Positions 8,298 through 18,007 of a stretch of 30,338 nucleotides of DNA are shown piece after piece; position 1 is the stretch's first letter; every line of letters starts with the position of its first letter. This DNA is from an uncultured archaeon. Its GTDB lineage: Archaea > Asgardarchaeota > Jordiarchaeia > Jordiarchaeales > Jordiarchaeaceae. Under the pieces are notes generated by a model, which saw nothing but the letters and a program-made list of their open reading frames with translations, made no database searches and was not told where the DNA came from. The position numbers and the translations under genes are program-made. Location: assembly GCA_964510585.1 (NCBI GenBank), contig CAZECW010000080.1, positions 1-30,338 of the forward strand, given 5' to 3'.

Positions 8298-9626
8298 TTA
8301 GAGAGGGTAGGTTTCTCCATTTATGGGGGAGTAGGCGGAAATTTTTTTGAGTTCTTCTATTCGGTCAGCGAACTCTATGGTTTTCCACTCTTCTCCGTGC
8401 ACACAGTAGACTCTTTCAAGCCCCTTAATTTTGGATATGAATCTGAAAAGTCCAGACTGATCTGCGTGAGCGCTGAATTCAAAACTCTTAACTTCTGAGA
8501 GAACTTTGAATGGCTCTTCGTCCGGAGAGAGCTTTATTTCCCTTTCTCCATCTTGGAGCCTACGCCCCCTTGTACCAGGAACCTGATAACCTGTAAGACA
8601 AATGAGGTTTTTGGAATCCTCCGCTATCTGCTTCAGATAACCAACTATTGGCCCACCCTCAAGCATTCCTGAAGTGCTTATAATGATGCAAGGTTCATCT
8701 AAGTTAACGTTTTTCCTTTGGTATACCTCAACAAAAATATCCGACTCTAGAGGGCTTTGCCGAGTGTATCTTATTTGCCTTTTAATCTGTGGACGCAGAT
8801 AGTACCAGTACAACCGGTAAATCTCATTTATCTTTTTAATCATTCCATCAATGTATATAGGCACCCGCACCAGAACACCACTCCTCACGAAGGCTTCCAG
8901 AGACAACATCACCTCTTGAGCCCTCCCCACTGAAAATACGGGTATCAATACCCTCCCACCACGATCAAGGGCCTTGTTTATAGCTTCCTTGAATTCTCGC
9001 TCAACCCTCTGAAAACTGGGGTGGCGATCATTATGGGCAGCGTAAGTTGATTCAATTATTAATGTGTCAACCTTGCCTACAGAGGTTTCCGCCATATCTT
9101 GAGTTCGAGTATTCCGAGTAGATAGATCCCCAGTATATAGAATAATGCGATCATTAATTTTTAAGCGAACCATCGCCGCCCCTAATATGTGGCCTGACGA
9201 GAGAAGCATAGCCTTAATCCCCCCACGTAGATTCATTTCCACATTATAGTTAACATCATATGCGTGGCTTCGGACAGCCATAACGTCTTGGGGGGTGTAG
9301 GGTAACTTCATACCCCACTCTTTTTGCAATTTTAAAAAATCTATATGCAAAAGTTCACCCAAATCTTGAGTTGGCGGTGTAGCAATTTCTTGACATCCAT
9401 ACCTCGAAATTATTGCAGGGAGATAGCCTGAGTGATCCAGATGAGCATGAGTAATGAAAACAGTTTTTGGAGGAATAGTTGGCTCTAGAGGGTACTCTTC
9501 CTCACTGACTTTGCCCAAATTAATTCCTGTATCCATCAGAATACACTCATCTCCTTTTCTAATGGAGACACATGACCGCCCGACTTCCCTAGCTCCCCCA
9601 AGAAAAGATAATTCAATCCTTGCCAA
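8298..9626 (-). CDS. beta-CASP metallo-beta-lactamase ribonuclease (aCPSF-like, no KH domains)
   Basis: FLGGAREVGRS, THAHLDHSG, GHILGAA, YTGD, ESTY, GRAQE, SGMLEGGP, SAHADQ and VHGE motifs. TTG start with GGTGA SD. Confidence 0.92.
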   Translation of the reverse strand: MARIELSFLGGAREVGRSCVSIRKGDECILMDTGINLGKVSEEEYPLEPTIPPKTVFITHAHLDHSGYLPAIISRYGCQEIATPPTQDLGELLHIDFLKLQKEWGMKLPYTPQDVMAVRSHAYDVNYNVEMNLRGGIKAMLLSSGHILGAAMVRLKINDRIILYTGDLSTRNTRTQDMAETSVGKVDTLIIESTYAAHNDRHPSFQRVEREFKEAINKALDRGGRVLIPVFSVGRAQEVMLSLEAFVRSGVLVRVPIYIDGMIKKINEIYRLYWYYLRPQIKRQIRYTRQSPLESDIFVEVYQRKNVNLDEPCIIISTSGMLEGGPIVGYLKQIAEDSKNLICLTGYQVPGTRGRRLQDGEREIKLSPDEEPFKVLSEVKSFEFSAHADQSGLFRFISKIKGLERVYCVHGEEWKTIEFADRIEELKKISAYSPINGETYPL

Positions 9627-9712
9627 TAATCTATCACCAGCTAAAACTTAAATGCTGAACATCTACTCCCTTCAACTTATAATAATCCTAGATCTCATAA
9701 TCTGCTTTTTGG

Positions 9713-10669
9713 TTATCTTGTGATTACTTCACATCCATCTTTGAGAACGATTAGGGTATGTTCAGCTTGAGACACCAAACTGCCTTTCTTGTCTGACAAC
9801 ACGTTATATGCGCGAAGTATACCCTTTTCTGTCAACTCCCTTATGGCAAATTTTAGACCAGCCTTAGAAATCTTCTTTGCTAACCATCTCTCAGCAAATG
9901 GTAGAGTTTTGAAATCTTTTTGAATTAGACCTAAAACTTGACGTGAGCCCTTAAATCTTAAAGGCACTCTGAAGGGCATCAAACTATAGATGTAAGCGTA
10001 AGGCGCCTCAGTTACACTTCCAGAACCTGTAGAGGCAAAAGTCTCAAGAGCATATACCTCGCCCTCCTCTATCTTGGTACCGTGAGGAACAGAGATATTT
10101 GGGATAATCTTTGAGCTATGAAGAAAATACTGATCAAGCAAATGACCAGAGAGATCCTTTATAGGCCTAAAGCCATATCCTTTAATCGTTTCTTCGATCT
10201 TCTCTCCTATCAGCTTTGTTTCCACTCCTGGTTTAATCAACCCTATAGCAACTTCAAGAGCCCTTTCCGAAGCCTCAATTAACTTATTATGCTCAGGATT
10301 AAAACTTACAGTGAACGCTGTATCCGCAATGTATCCATCTACATGTGCTCCGAAATCGATTTTTACCACATCTCTCTCATTTATAACCGTTTTATCATCC
10401 GGAGGGGATGTGTAATGCGCCGCAACATTATTTATAGAAACATTACAGGGAAATGACAAACCCACACCCCTACTTAGTAGTTCGCTTTCAACCCTTTCAC
10501 AGATGTCAATAACAGGGGTACCGGGCTGTACAATTTTCCTTGCAATTTCACGCACTTCCTTCGCAGCTTTTCCAGCCTTCCGGTACTTTTCAAATTTTTC
10601 TTCCTCTTCTTGTTGCTGTTTTTGCTCCTGTTTCTCTGAAGATTGATTTTTTACCTTATTAGCGCTCAA
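9713..10669 (-). CDS. map: Methionine aminopeptidase type II
   Basis: SFPCNVSINNVAAHYT, KIDFGAHVDGYIADTA, LSGH, ALETFASTG and SQAEHT motifs. TTG start after GGAGG. Confidence 0.96.
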   Translation of the reverse strand: MSANKVKNQSSEKQEQKQQQEEEEKFEKYRKAGKAAKEVREIARKIVQPGTPVIDICERVESELLSRGVGLSFPCNVSINNVAAHYTSPPDDKTVINERDVVKIDFGAHVDGYIADTAFTVSFNPEHNKLIEASERALEVAIGLIKPGVETKLIGEKIEETIKGYGFRPIKDLSGHLLDQYFLHSSKIIPNISVPHGTKIEEGEVYALETFASTGSGSVTEAPYAYIYSLMPFRVPLRFKGSRQVLGLIQKDFKTLPFAERWLAKKISKAGLKFAIRELTEKGILRAYNVLSDKKGSLVSQAEHTLIVLKDGCEVITR

Positions 10670-10942
10670 AACTTTTCCTCCTGATACTAAGTCTATAATT
10701 AATAGAAATTATTAAATCATTCCCTTTTAATTCAACAAGCCGAATAAATATAAGAACAAAAGGTTAATGAGTGACAAATGCAGTATAATTATAAACAAAT
10801 TTTTACATATAAATTCACATATAACCACCTGAGCTTTACCAAAGATAGGAGACCGAAAAACGGAAATATAGGTTAAATTTATAGCCACTCTAGGGACAAA
10901 AATTATTATTGTCCAATAATTTAAGTTCTGTAGTGATCAAGA

Positions 10943-11317
10943 TTGTCAAAAATTGATGAGATCATGAGTTTAATCAGAGACATGGAAGCAAACACACCAG
11001 GAATAGAAGCCAGTGCTGTGGTCAGTATACAGGGATTACCTATAGCCTCTGCAATGCCGACGGAAGTGGATGAAAGCGTTGTGGCAGCTATGACTGCCGC
11101 TATGCTTAGTGTGGGTGAACGCGCAGCACAAGAACTGGCACGCGGCAACCTACAACAAATAACACTACAAGGAGATTATGGATACATAATTATTAAGGGG
11201 GCGGGTATGAGCGCCATCATCACAGTTCTTGCTAAAAGCGACGCCAATCTAGGATTAATAATGATGGTTCTTAAAAAAATTTCAAACAGAATAAGCGAAC
11301 TCCTATCAGAAGAGTAG
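10943..11317 (+). CDS. Roadblock/LC7 (MglB-like) domain protein
   Basis: IEASAVVSIQGLPIASA...AAMTAAMLSVGERAAQELARG...ANLGLI pattern. Confidence 0.92.
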   Translation: MSKIDEIMSLIRDMEANTPGIEASAVVSIQGLPIASAMPTEVDESVVAAMTAAMLSVGERAAQELARGNLQQITLQGDYGYIIIKGAGMSAIITVLAKSDANLGLIMMVLKKISNRISELLSEE

Positions 11318-11637
11318 AGCAAAACACTTGAATCCACATCTCGGATATTCTGCGAGAGTATTCGAATAATGCTATTAGCATTTTAGGTTATGTTGTTGAA
11401 TTTTTAGCGGCTCCTACAGGATGTTCTATGAAAAAGAAGAGATGACGGGGGCATCTCAAACCCGAGGAGAAGGAGCTAGAATTGATTTTCTACTGGAATA
11501 AATTCTTTTCAAGAAAATTAGGTATAAATTAGAGGCTCAGACCGCCCGAATCGTTCTTCATCCACAAGTCAGACGGACTCATCTTCATCGCCTGCTATAT
11601 ATTAACTCCTTTGAGGCTATAAATTCTACGCTTTCAA

Positions 11638-11660
11638 AATGAAACCGACGTGGTTTCATT
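11638..11660. repeat. 9-bp perfect inverted repeat (AATGAAACC-gacgt-GGTTTCATT) between convergent genes
   Basis: Read directly from the sequence. It may act as a terminator or binding site. Confidence 0.6.
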
Positions 11661-11741
11661 CAATTTCGACCAGAAAGGAAGACTATGGGTCCTTTTATAA
11701 TTTAGAACAAAAGGTAACAGGCAGAGTTCGATGAAATACGC

Positions 11742-12329
11742 TCACCTTGAAAGATAGGATTCGACGCACCTCACTATTTCTTCATGAACAACTTCAATGG
11801 GCCGATCTGTGTTCATAATTGGGTAATCTTTATTTTTTGCCCTTTCCAAGTAGATTCTACGCACTTTTTTTAAAAATTCAACCCTTTCAAACATGTCTCT
11901 CACGCTCTTTTTTCTATCTAAAGCTACCTCTGGATCCACATCCAAATAAATTGTTAAATCTGGTTCAACAATAAATTTGTTAATCTCTTCTATCCAATAT
12001 GTATCCAACCCCTCAGCCGTTTGATAAACAATTGAAGATTCAATATAACGATCCGAAATAACAATCACGCCCCGCTCAAGGAGAGGTTTAATAACTTTCT
12101 CTGTATGTTCCACCCGGTCCGCTGCAAAAAGAAGCGCATGAACCGCCGGTGAACCCCAACCATGGAAAAGGTAATCCCGAATAGTCTTACCGATCGGCCC
12201 TTCAGATGGTTCTTGGGTTACAATAACCTCATAATTTTTACTCTTTAGGTAATCCGCCAATTTATTAGAGTGGGTGGTGGTTCCGGAGCCATCAATGCCT
12301 TCTAAAACAATGAATCTTCCCTTTTTCAC
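11742..12329 (-). CDS. tmk: Thymidylate kinase
   Basis: FIVLEGIDGSGTTT P-loop, ALLFAADR, VISDRYIESS and PDLTIYLDV motifs. Confidence 0.96.
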   Translation of the reverse strand: MKKGRFIVLEGIDGSGTTTHSNKLADYLKSKNYEVIVTQEPSEGPIGKTIRDYLFHGWGSPAVHALLFAADRVEHTEKVIKPLLERGVIVISDRYIESSIVYQTAEGLDTYWIEEINKFIVEPDLTIYLDVDPEVALDRKKSVRDMFERVEFLKKVRRIYLERAKNKDYPIMNTDRPIEVVHEEIVRCVESYLSR

Positions 12330-12439
12330 AAGACCGCCTCTTATGGTTACAAAACATTAAAATTTCTAAACCATACAATACAAATTAACTTTATTAAACA
12401 ATCGGAAAAACCAAATCCATGTAAAGTGGATGATACGAA

Positions 12440-13222
12440 TTGGCAATACAAGAAGACAAGTTCAATATAACACTAAAAGTAATACAGCCTATTGATAAGA
12501 ACGTCTTAATCAAACCACTATGCATTCAAGGAATGCCGGGAATAGCCAACGCTGGAAAAGGCGCCCTAGATTACATATCAAAACAACTCGGTGCAAAAAA
12601 GGTAATGGAAATTTTTTTCTCGGATTTCCCTTCACATGTAAAGATAACCCCAGATGGATGCCTTGACGCCTCTAAAATCGAATTACTCCATTGTAGAGAT
12701 AAGTCACTAAAAAGGGACGTAATACTATTGACATCAGATAGTCAGCCAACATCAAACATCGGCATGAACGTTCTATCAAAATACATCGCCAACACTCTGA
12801 AAGACTTGGGCGTAACGATGATTATTTCCTTAGCTGCCAGACCCATAACCTCCCTAAAAAGAAGCCCAAAAGTGTATGTCACAGCCACCTCACAAAAATT
12901 AGTGGAATCATTCAGCCAATTGGAAAATGTTAATGTTCTTACGGATGGAATTGTTATAGGTATGAATGGTATAGTTCCCGTTCTATCTAACAGCATTCAC
13001 AACATAGATGGGATAATCCTACTCTCCGAGTCTTGCAAAATGCTAAATCACGACATTGCAGCATCCTACGCCCTCATAAAAGTTTTAAAGGCAAACCCCG
13101 GCTTGGACATTGATTTATCCGCCCTGGAAAGGGAAGCAAAACTCCAGTGGGAAACCACCGGAAAAATTACAGATAAGAAGATGAGACATAAAGACGAGAA
13201 AAAGCCCGAATACATAAGTTAA
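12440..13222 (+). CDS. PAC2 family (proteasome assembly chaperone-like) protein
   Basis: IQGMPGIANAGK..DYI..QLGAKK, DVILLTSDSQP, IVIGMNG and LLSES motifs; the C-terminus ends in YIS. Confidence 0.85.
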   Translation: MAIQEDKFNITLKVIQPIDKNVLIKPLCIQGMPGIANAGKGALDYISKQLGAKKVMEIFFSDFPSHVKITPDGCLDASKIELLHCRDKSLKRDVILLTSDSQPTSNIGMNVLSKYIANTLKDLGVTMIISLAARPITSLKRSPKVYVTATSQKLVESFSQLENVNVLTDGIVIGMNGIVPVLSNSIHNIDGIILLSESCKMLNHDIAASYALIKVLKANPGLDIDLSALEREAKLQWETTGKITDKKMRHKDEKKPEYIS

Positions 13223-13272
13223 AAACACCATTTACAGCTTAATAAAAATAAAAAGGGGGAAATTACTTAGGT

Positions 13273-14700
13273 CTAGTGTACTTCTTTTAATGACACCAGC
13301 AGTACGACAGCTAACGCCGCACTAAGAACCAAGAACAATGTGGGTCCAAAAAATGTGCCAGGCAACTGAATCAAAGGTGGAGCTGTGAAGAAGTAGAAGT
13401 AAAGAGGAAACTCCAAAACATTAGCCCAGTAGCTTGGAAGAATCGACAAATAGTAGAACCACTCAGCAAGAAGATAAGAGCTGGAGCTAGCCTGGAGCAT
13501 ACCGTATATTAAGGGCCAGATAACACTACCTGTGTGACCCAGAGTCAAAATAATGCCTAGAGCCAACCCTGTTATCATCGGCCCGATAGACTTAATCTCA
13601 ACTATAGATTCAAAGACAAGCGGCTGAACAGAAATCAGGAAGAAACCAAAAAGCGCCGCCGCAACAAGTAAAATCTCACCATGAACTGTCCCCATTATGT
13701 AAAGCATCGGAGTACAGATCAATACAGCAATGAAGAGGAAGATCTTTCTGCGACCAATTTTGTCCGACAATCTAGTTATGACAATAGTGCCCATAATACC
13801 GAATAGAAGAACAAGTCCTGAAGCCAAACCGCCGAAGGACTGTTCCATGTTTACAAAGACAAAAAACAACTGCGGATTATATAGAGCAACATACAACTCA
13901 GTAAATTTCTGGAATAGAGGTACATTAGACCAAGCAGCCCGCTCAATATAGTCAACAACGCTGAGGTACACCCCAAAACCTACTGCAAAAGCTATGCCAA
14001 GCAGCCAGAAATCTCTTGATCTTACAATCCTTGAAAGCCCTTCTTTTAGCGGTACCTGTTTGGTTTCCTCAACAGGTTCGGGAGGAGTTGGCGGTTTATC
14101 TCTGGCGATCAGGAAGAATACGATAGTTATAATCACCGTAACAACTGCGTATAGGAACATGGTGTTTTGCAAGCTAGACTGAGCATTATATGCACCGAAA
14201 AAGGCTATAAGGAGAGGTGTTAGGATAAGCCCTGTCATGTTTCCACCGTTGCTTGCTATTAGACCTAAGCCTTGGGCGAATGCACCCTCCCTTCTGGGGA
14301 ACCAAGTAACCGCTAGTTTTGCGAGGCTAACATACATTAACGCAAACGCTATTCCCAAGAAAAATTGAAAGATGAGAAGCCAAGTTACATCCGGCGAGAA
14401 TGTTCTGAGCACAGCTACAGCACTCATAATTATTGCTCCAAGACCCGTAGCGAATTTCCAACCTTTTCTATCAACTAAAATACCCATCGGGAACGAAGCA
14501 AAAATTTCCGTGGCAAGAGGCCCGATAACCAGAAGGGTAATAGTCATATCGCTAACACCGCTGAGAAAGTAGGCTTGCCTTACAGTAGAAGAGATCGCCC
14601 CAAAGCAAATCCAAAGCGGTCCACCAATGAAAAAAACTAGCATATATGCCAACAGTGATACCCAGCGGTACCGGTATACCTGGTATTTCTCTATAGCCAT
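13273..14700 (-). CDS. MFS transporter
   Basis: Multiple TM segments, MFS motif A in both halves (GILVDRKGWK; RLSDKIGRRK) and N-terminal YRYRWVSL. ATG 14700 chosen; the track starts at 14718. Confidence 0.92.
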   Translation of the reverse strand: MAIEKYQVYRYRWVSLLAYMLVFFIGGPLWICFGAISSTVRQAYFLSGVSDMTITLLVIGPLATEIFASFPMGILVDRKGWKFATGLGAIIMSAVAVLRTFSPDVTWLLIFQFFLGIAFALMYVSLAKLAVTWFPRREGAFAQGLGLIASNGGNMTGLILTPLLIAFFGAYNAQSSLQNTMFLYAVVTVIITIVFFLIARDKPPTPPEPVEETKQVPLKEGLSRIVRSRDFWLLGIAFAVGFGVYLSVVDYIERAAWSNVPLFQKFTELYVALYNPQLFFVFVNMEQSFGGLASGLVLLFGIMGTIVITRLSDKIGRRKIFLFIAVLICTPMLYIMGTVHGEILLVAAALFGFFLISVQPLVFESIVEIKSIGPMITGLALGIILTLGHTGSVIWPLIYGMLQASSSSYLLAEWFYYLSILPSYWANVLEFPLYFYFFTAPPLIQLPGTFFGPTLFLVLSAALAVVLLVSLKEVH

Positions 14701-14912
14701 TTTCATCCCTCTTTTCAAGTTTTATTCTCTTTTTTGCGTTTTTCTCCTTTATTTTATTTTCTGTTACCAAAATAAAATAGAGGTTGCATCGATAAAATTT
14801 AATGAGTTAATACAGTTGGCGTACAATATGAAAGTTTAATTTGCAAAAGTAGAACCATACGCAAAAATAGGGAATAAGTGAAGAGTTTAAATTTGAGGGA
14901 ATTTCTTTTTTA

Positions 14913-15155
14913 CTAGGCTTCTTTTATTTCTATTTTGATTGCGTCGTTGGGGCAGATATTGATACATCTGTTGCATGAGGTACAGAAAAGTTCAAATGAA
15001 GGGATGATTACCCAATTTTCTGGTTCTTTATAGCGTTCTCTGTCGGTTGCCACTAGGACGAAAACTGTACTGGGACAAACTTCTAAGCATTTTCCACAAT
15101 CCTGTGGTTTGGGACATTTATCTTTAATCCATTGGACTTTTACTTTGGCCGCCAT
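14913..15155 (-). CDS. 2x[4Fe-4S]-type ferredoxin
   Basis: CPKPQDCGKCLEVCP (atypical spacing) and CTSCNRCINICP. The start directly abuts the upstream stop. Confidence 0.85.
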   Translation of the reverse strand: MAAKVKVQWIKDKCPKPQDCGKCLEVCPSTVFVLVATDRERYKEPENWVIIPSFELFCTSCNRCINICPNDAIKIEIKEA

Positions 15156-15998
15156 TTACCATACCTCCCTCAATGCTGGGATACTTTCTCTTGGTATCAG
15201 TGTTATTGCGTTCTCCGGACATCCTGCTCTACATACACCGCAACCGAAACATTTGAACTGGTTAATGTAGGCTTTACCCAATGTGACTCGAAGGTTTATT
15301 GCCCCAAATTGGCAACGGACAACACATTTACCGCATCCTATACACTTGTCAATGTCTACGTCTGCCACATAGTGCCCCTTCAAAAAGTGTTTTATGTCGA
15401 AGTCTATTCTTGGTCTTAGAGCTATACATTCAGGGTAGGAACAATTGCACATAGCAAATGCCAGTGGTAGTGGTGTTCCTGCAATTGTGTGAACAAGTCC
15501 TTTTTCGTCACACTCATCTAAGAATTCTTTTGCCTCCTCCACGGTTAGTCTTTCTACGCCTCTTGGTGCGTGGTCTACGTATCCCTCCACAGTCTCCCCA
15601 TGTAACCCTAATGGCATGCAGGTATAAACTTTCTCGTTCCTGTTCATCCTGCGACAGGGACACATAACCCTGTAAACGTCTCCAGCGATTTCAACAATCT
15701 TTTTTGCTTCTTCCAAAGTGATTACCTGCCCCATGTGGCCTTCAGGAAACACTCTATCTCGACCTTCATCCTTTTGTATCATACTTTCAATCATCTTTTT
15801 GGTCGGCTCTAGTAAACTGGGATCATTAATAACATCTGCCAACATTTTCGCAGCGTCACCATAAACTTTGTCTATTAGTTTCCAGTGATCCAATTCCCAC
15901 TGTTCGTATCCTAGCTCTTTTGCCAATTTTACTGAAAGATTTCTTTCATTTAGATACCATCTTTTACCTTCCCCATGCTTATAACAGAACTTACACAA
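15156..15998 (-). CDS. Cys-rich Fe-S protein with a C-terminal 4Fe-4S dicluster domain
   Basis: N-terminal CKFCYKHGEGKRWY, central CPCR..C..CNCSYPEC, C-terminal CIGCGKCVVRC and CFGCGVCRAGCP. The likely start is TTG at 15998 after a GAGGTGA SD; the track uses GTG at 16007. Confidence 0.85.
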   Translation of the reverse strand: MCKFCYKHGEGKRWYLNERNLSVKLAKELGYEQWELDHWKLIDKVYGDAAKMLADVINDPSLLEPTKKMIESMIQKDEGRDRVFPEGHMGQVITLEEAKKIVEIAGDVYRVMCPCRRMNRNEKVYTCMPLGLHGETVEGYVDHAPRGVERLTVEEAKEFLDECDEKGLVHTIAGTPLPLAFAMCNCSYPECIALRPRIDFDIKHFLKGHYVADVDIDKCIGCGKCVVRCQFGAINLRVTLGKAYINQFKCFGCGVCRAGCPENAITLIPRESIPALREVW

Positions 15999-16483
15999 AG
16001 ATTTCACCTCATAAATTAACGCAAGTTTTTGAAATATAACCCAATAATTATTAATTCCTCAAATAATTCTTTTTTGTCTTATAGCATTTACGCTTTATAC
16101 CCAAAAAATTACTCTAAATACTTTTATTGAAGGGTAGGCAACCTTGTGATATACCAACGCGCAGTAGAGCCTCAAAAAAGCAGCGTTCATAAAGCTCCTT
16201 TTACAATTTAAAGCCTCATTCCAAGAAAAAGGAGCCGATTAAATTTACAAAGGTAGTCCTGTCAACCACCAATTGTCATATACAGGTTCAATATGCTCTG
16301 AAAATTCATCAACCAAAAGCCTAGAAACAGCGTTTTTTAGGTAGAATACTCCATTTGAGTGTAAAATTGAGACTGCCAAAAAACACATGGGACATAATAG
16401 ATAACTTTGAGCGTGTAGTTTCTAGAAGGGAAGCCCAATTTAATGGATCCAAAATCCAGGCTTATGTGACTAGTAATATCAAA

Positions 16484-16912
16484 TTATTCTACAATTTCTA
16501 ATTGAATAGGTTTACCTTTTTTGTCATAAGCATATAAGCTCTGAAAACCATGATAGGGAAATGTCGCAATTATATGTACAAATCCGAAATTAAACATAGA
16601 GTTAAGATCCTCGGCTGAGGGCATACTGGAACCGGAAGGGTGTGAATGAATGCTCCCCACAATCGAAAAATCAAATGGTAACATGTGAGGGCAAAACTGT
16701 GATAATCCTTGACCATAAACACTCGCCGGAGCTAAAACAATCTCAGTAATCATACCCTTCTCAGCCCTGAGAAGCCCGATAAATTCCCGAGGATGAACAT
16801 TTCTACTTGCTTCTAGAATACCCTCCACAACCTCCTTTTTAATTCTCACTCTTGAAAGCTTGTAGGTCTCAGATTCACTTAATCCCAAAATTTTTTTCAA
16901 GAAACGGCTCAT
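16484..16912 (-). CDS. JAB1/MPN+ (JAMM) metalloprotease domain protein
   Basis: Catalytic E (HPREFIGLL) plus the GSIHSHPSGSSMPSAEDL JAMM motif (HxH-x7-S-x2-D). Confidence 0.93.
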   Translation of the reverse strand: MSRFLKKILGLSESETYKLSRVRIKKEVVEGILEASRNVHPREFIGLLRAEKGMITEIVLAPASVYGQGLSQFCPHMLPFDFSIVGSIHSHPSGSSMPSAEDLNSMFNFGFVHIIATFPYHGFQSLYAYDKKGKPIQLEIVE

Positions 16913-17267
16913 CTTTAAACTTCCCTTACTTGGGTATGTGCATACTTGAGAACATCTACCTTTTTCACCAGAATATTTGGAAAATTATTTTGTTTAATGC
17001 CATATTACTTACAAAAAATACAATGCTTTTTTAACTTTCTATCCATATTTTTAAAAATGGAAACATTCTCAAAAAATTTATATCATCCCCACTTCCCTAT
17101 TTCAAACAAAGAAGGACTAGAACCCTCTTAAGATTCCCTAGGCCAACACAAGAGTATAAGCTAACTTTAACAACTCAAAATCCAATAAATTTAATGATAG
17201 ACAAAATGTTTTTCAAAAATGAAGCCTTAAAATAATTTCCTAAAAGTATGTTTGTAGGTGAGAAAAC

Positions 17268-17648
17268 ATGCCAAAGAACTGGAGAGGTGAGCTCGAAGGT
17301 TTATTAAAAGCCATGGAAGATGCTGACCCAGATATAGAAGCCTCCGCAGTAGTGAGAACCGACGGTCTAGTAATGGCTTCGGCTCTACCAAAAGATGCAG
17401 ACGAAGGTTTAATTGCAGCCATGAGCGCCGCGCTCCTCAACATAGGAAACAGAGCAGTAGCTGAGCTCGCCCGAGGAGAAATGGATAAAGTAATAGTGAG
17501 TGGAACTAAAGGAGACATAATTCTCCGAGGTGTAGGAACAGAAGCTGTTTTATCAGCCATAACCAAACCAGGAGCTAACCTAGGACTTCTACTCGTAGAA
17601 ATGAAAAGAGCCGGAGACCGTATAATAAATGTACTAAAACAAATGTAA
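17268..17648 (+). CDS. Roadblock/LC7 (MglB-like) domain protein, second paralogue
   Basis: IEASAVVRTDGLVMASAL...AAMSAALLNIGNRAVAELARG...ANLGLL. Confidence 0.93.
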   Translation: MPKNWRGELEGLLKAMEDADPDIEASAVVRTDGLVMASALPKDADEGLIAAMSAALLNIGNRAVAELARGEMDKVIVSGTKGDIILRGVGTEAVLSAITKPGANLGLLLVEMKRAGDRIINVLKQM

Positions 17649-18007
17649 AAACTGCATAAAAAATACAATCTCACTAGCCATTCTTACCTCTATTTTTATT
17701 TCTTCTAGATTACAATATCCAAATTAAGTTAGTTGTGCATCCCCTATATTTTTGAAAACAGTTCCAGTTTTGGGGAGCCCGCTGAAGTTTGCAGACTATT
17801 TCCCATCTCTTTAACATATTTGTGTACAGAAAAATTGAACAAACGCCTGTAGATGCAAGCAAAAGGACTCACTCCCAAAAATAACTAATATCCTTTAAAG
17901 TAGGTTTTGCTTAAATAAATAGACTGGGAAAAGCAGCTAAAAATAAATCCATTTTTAGAGGGGGAGCAGATAACTCCGGTTCGATCTTTATGAGCTAAGA
18001 CTTACTA

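Noticed and set aside
16194-16235. 9-bp inverted repeat GCTCCTTTT/AAAAGGAGC
   Set aside because: Short stem with a 24-nt spacer; compatible with chance.
16245-16388. 47-aa minus-strand ORF (MCFLAVS...VYDNWWLTGLPL) vaguely like a DDE transposase DxWY motif
   Set aside because: Too short and the similarity is subjective; no SD or terminal repeats. An HMM search would be needed.
17240-17674. 144-aa ORF antisense to the second roadblock gene, and similar antisense ORFs over cdc48, MFS, FGGY kinase and M20
   Set aside because: Shadow frames of well-supported genes on the opposite strand.
17958-17986. GGTTCGATC resembling a tRNA T-loop
   Set aside because: No acceptor stem, D-arm or anticodon arm can be built around it.
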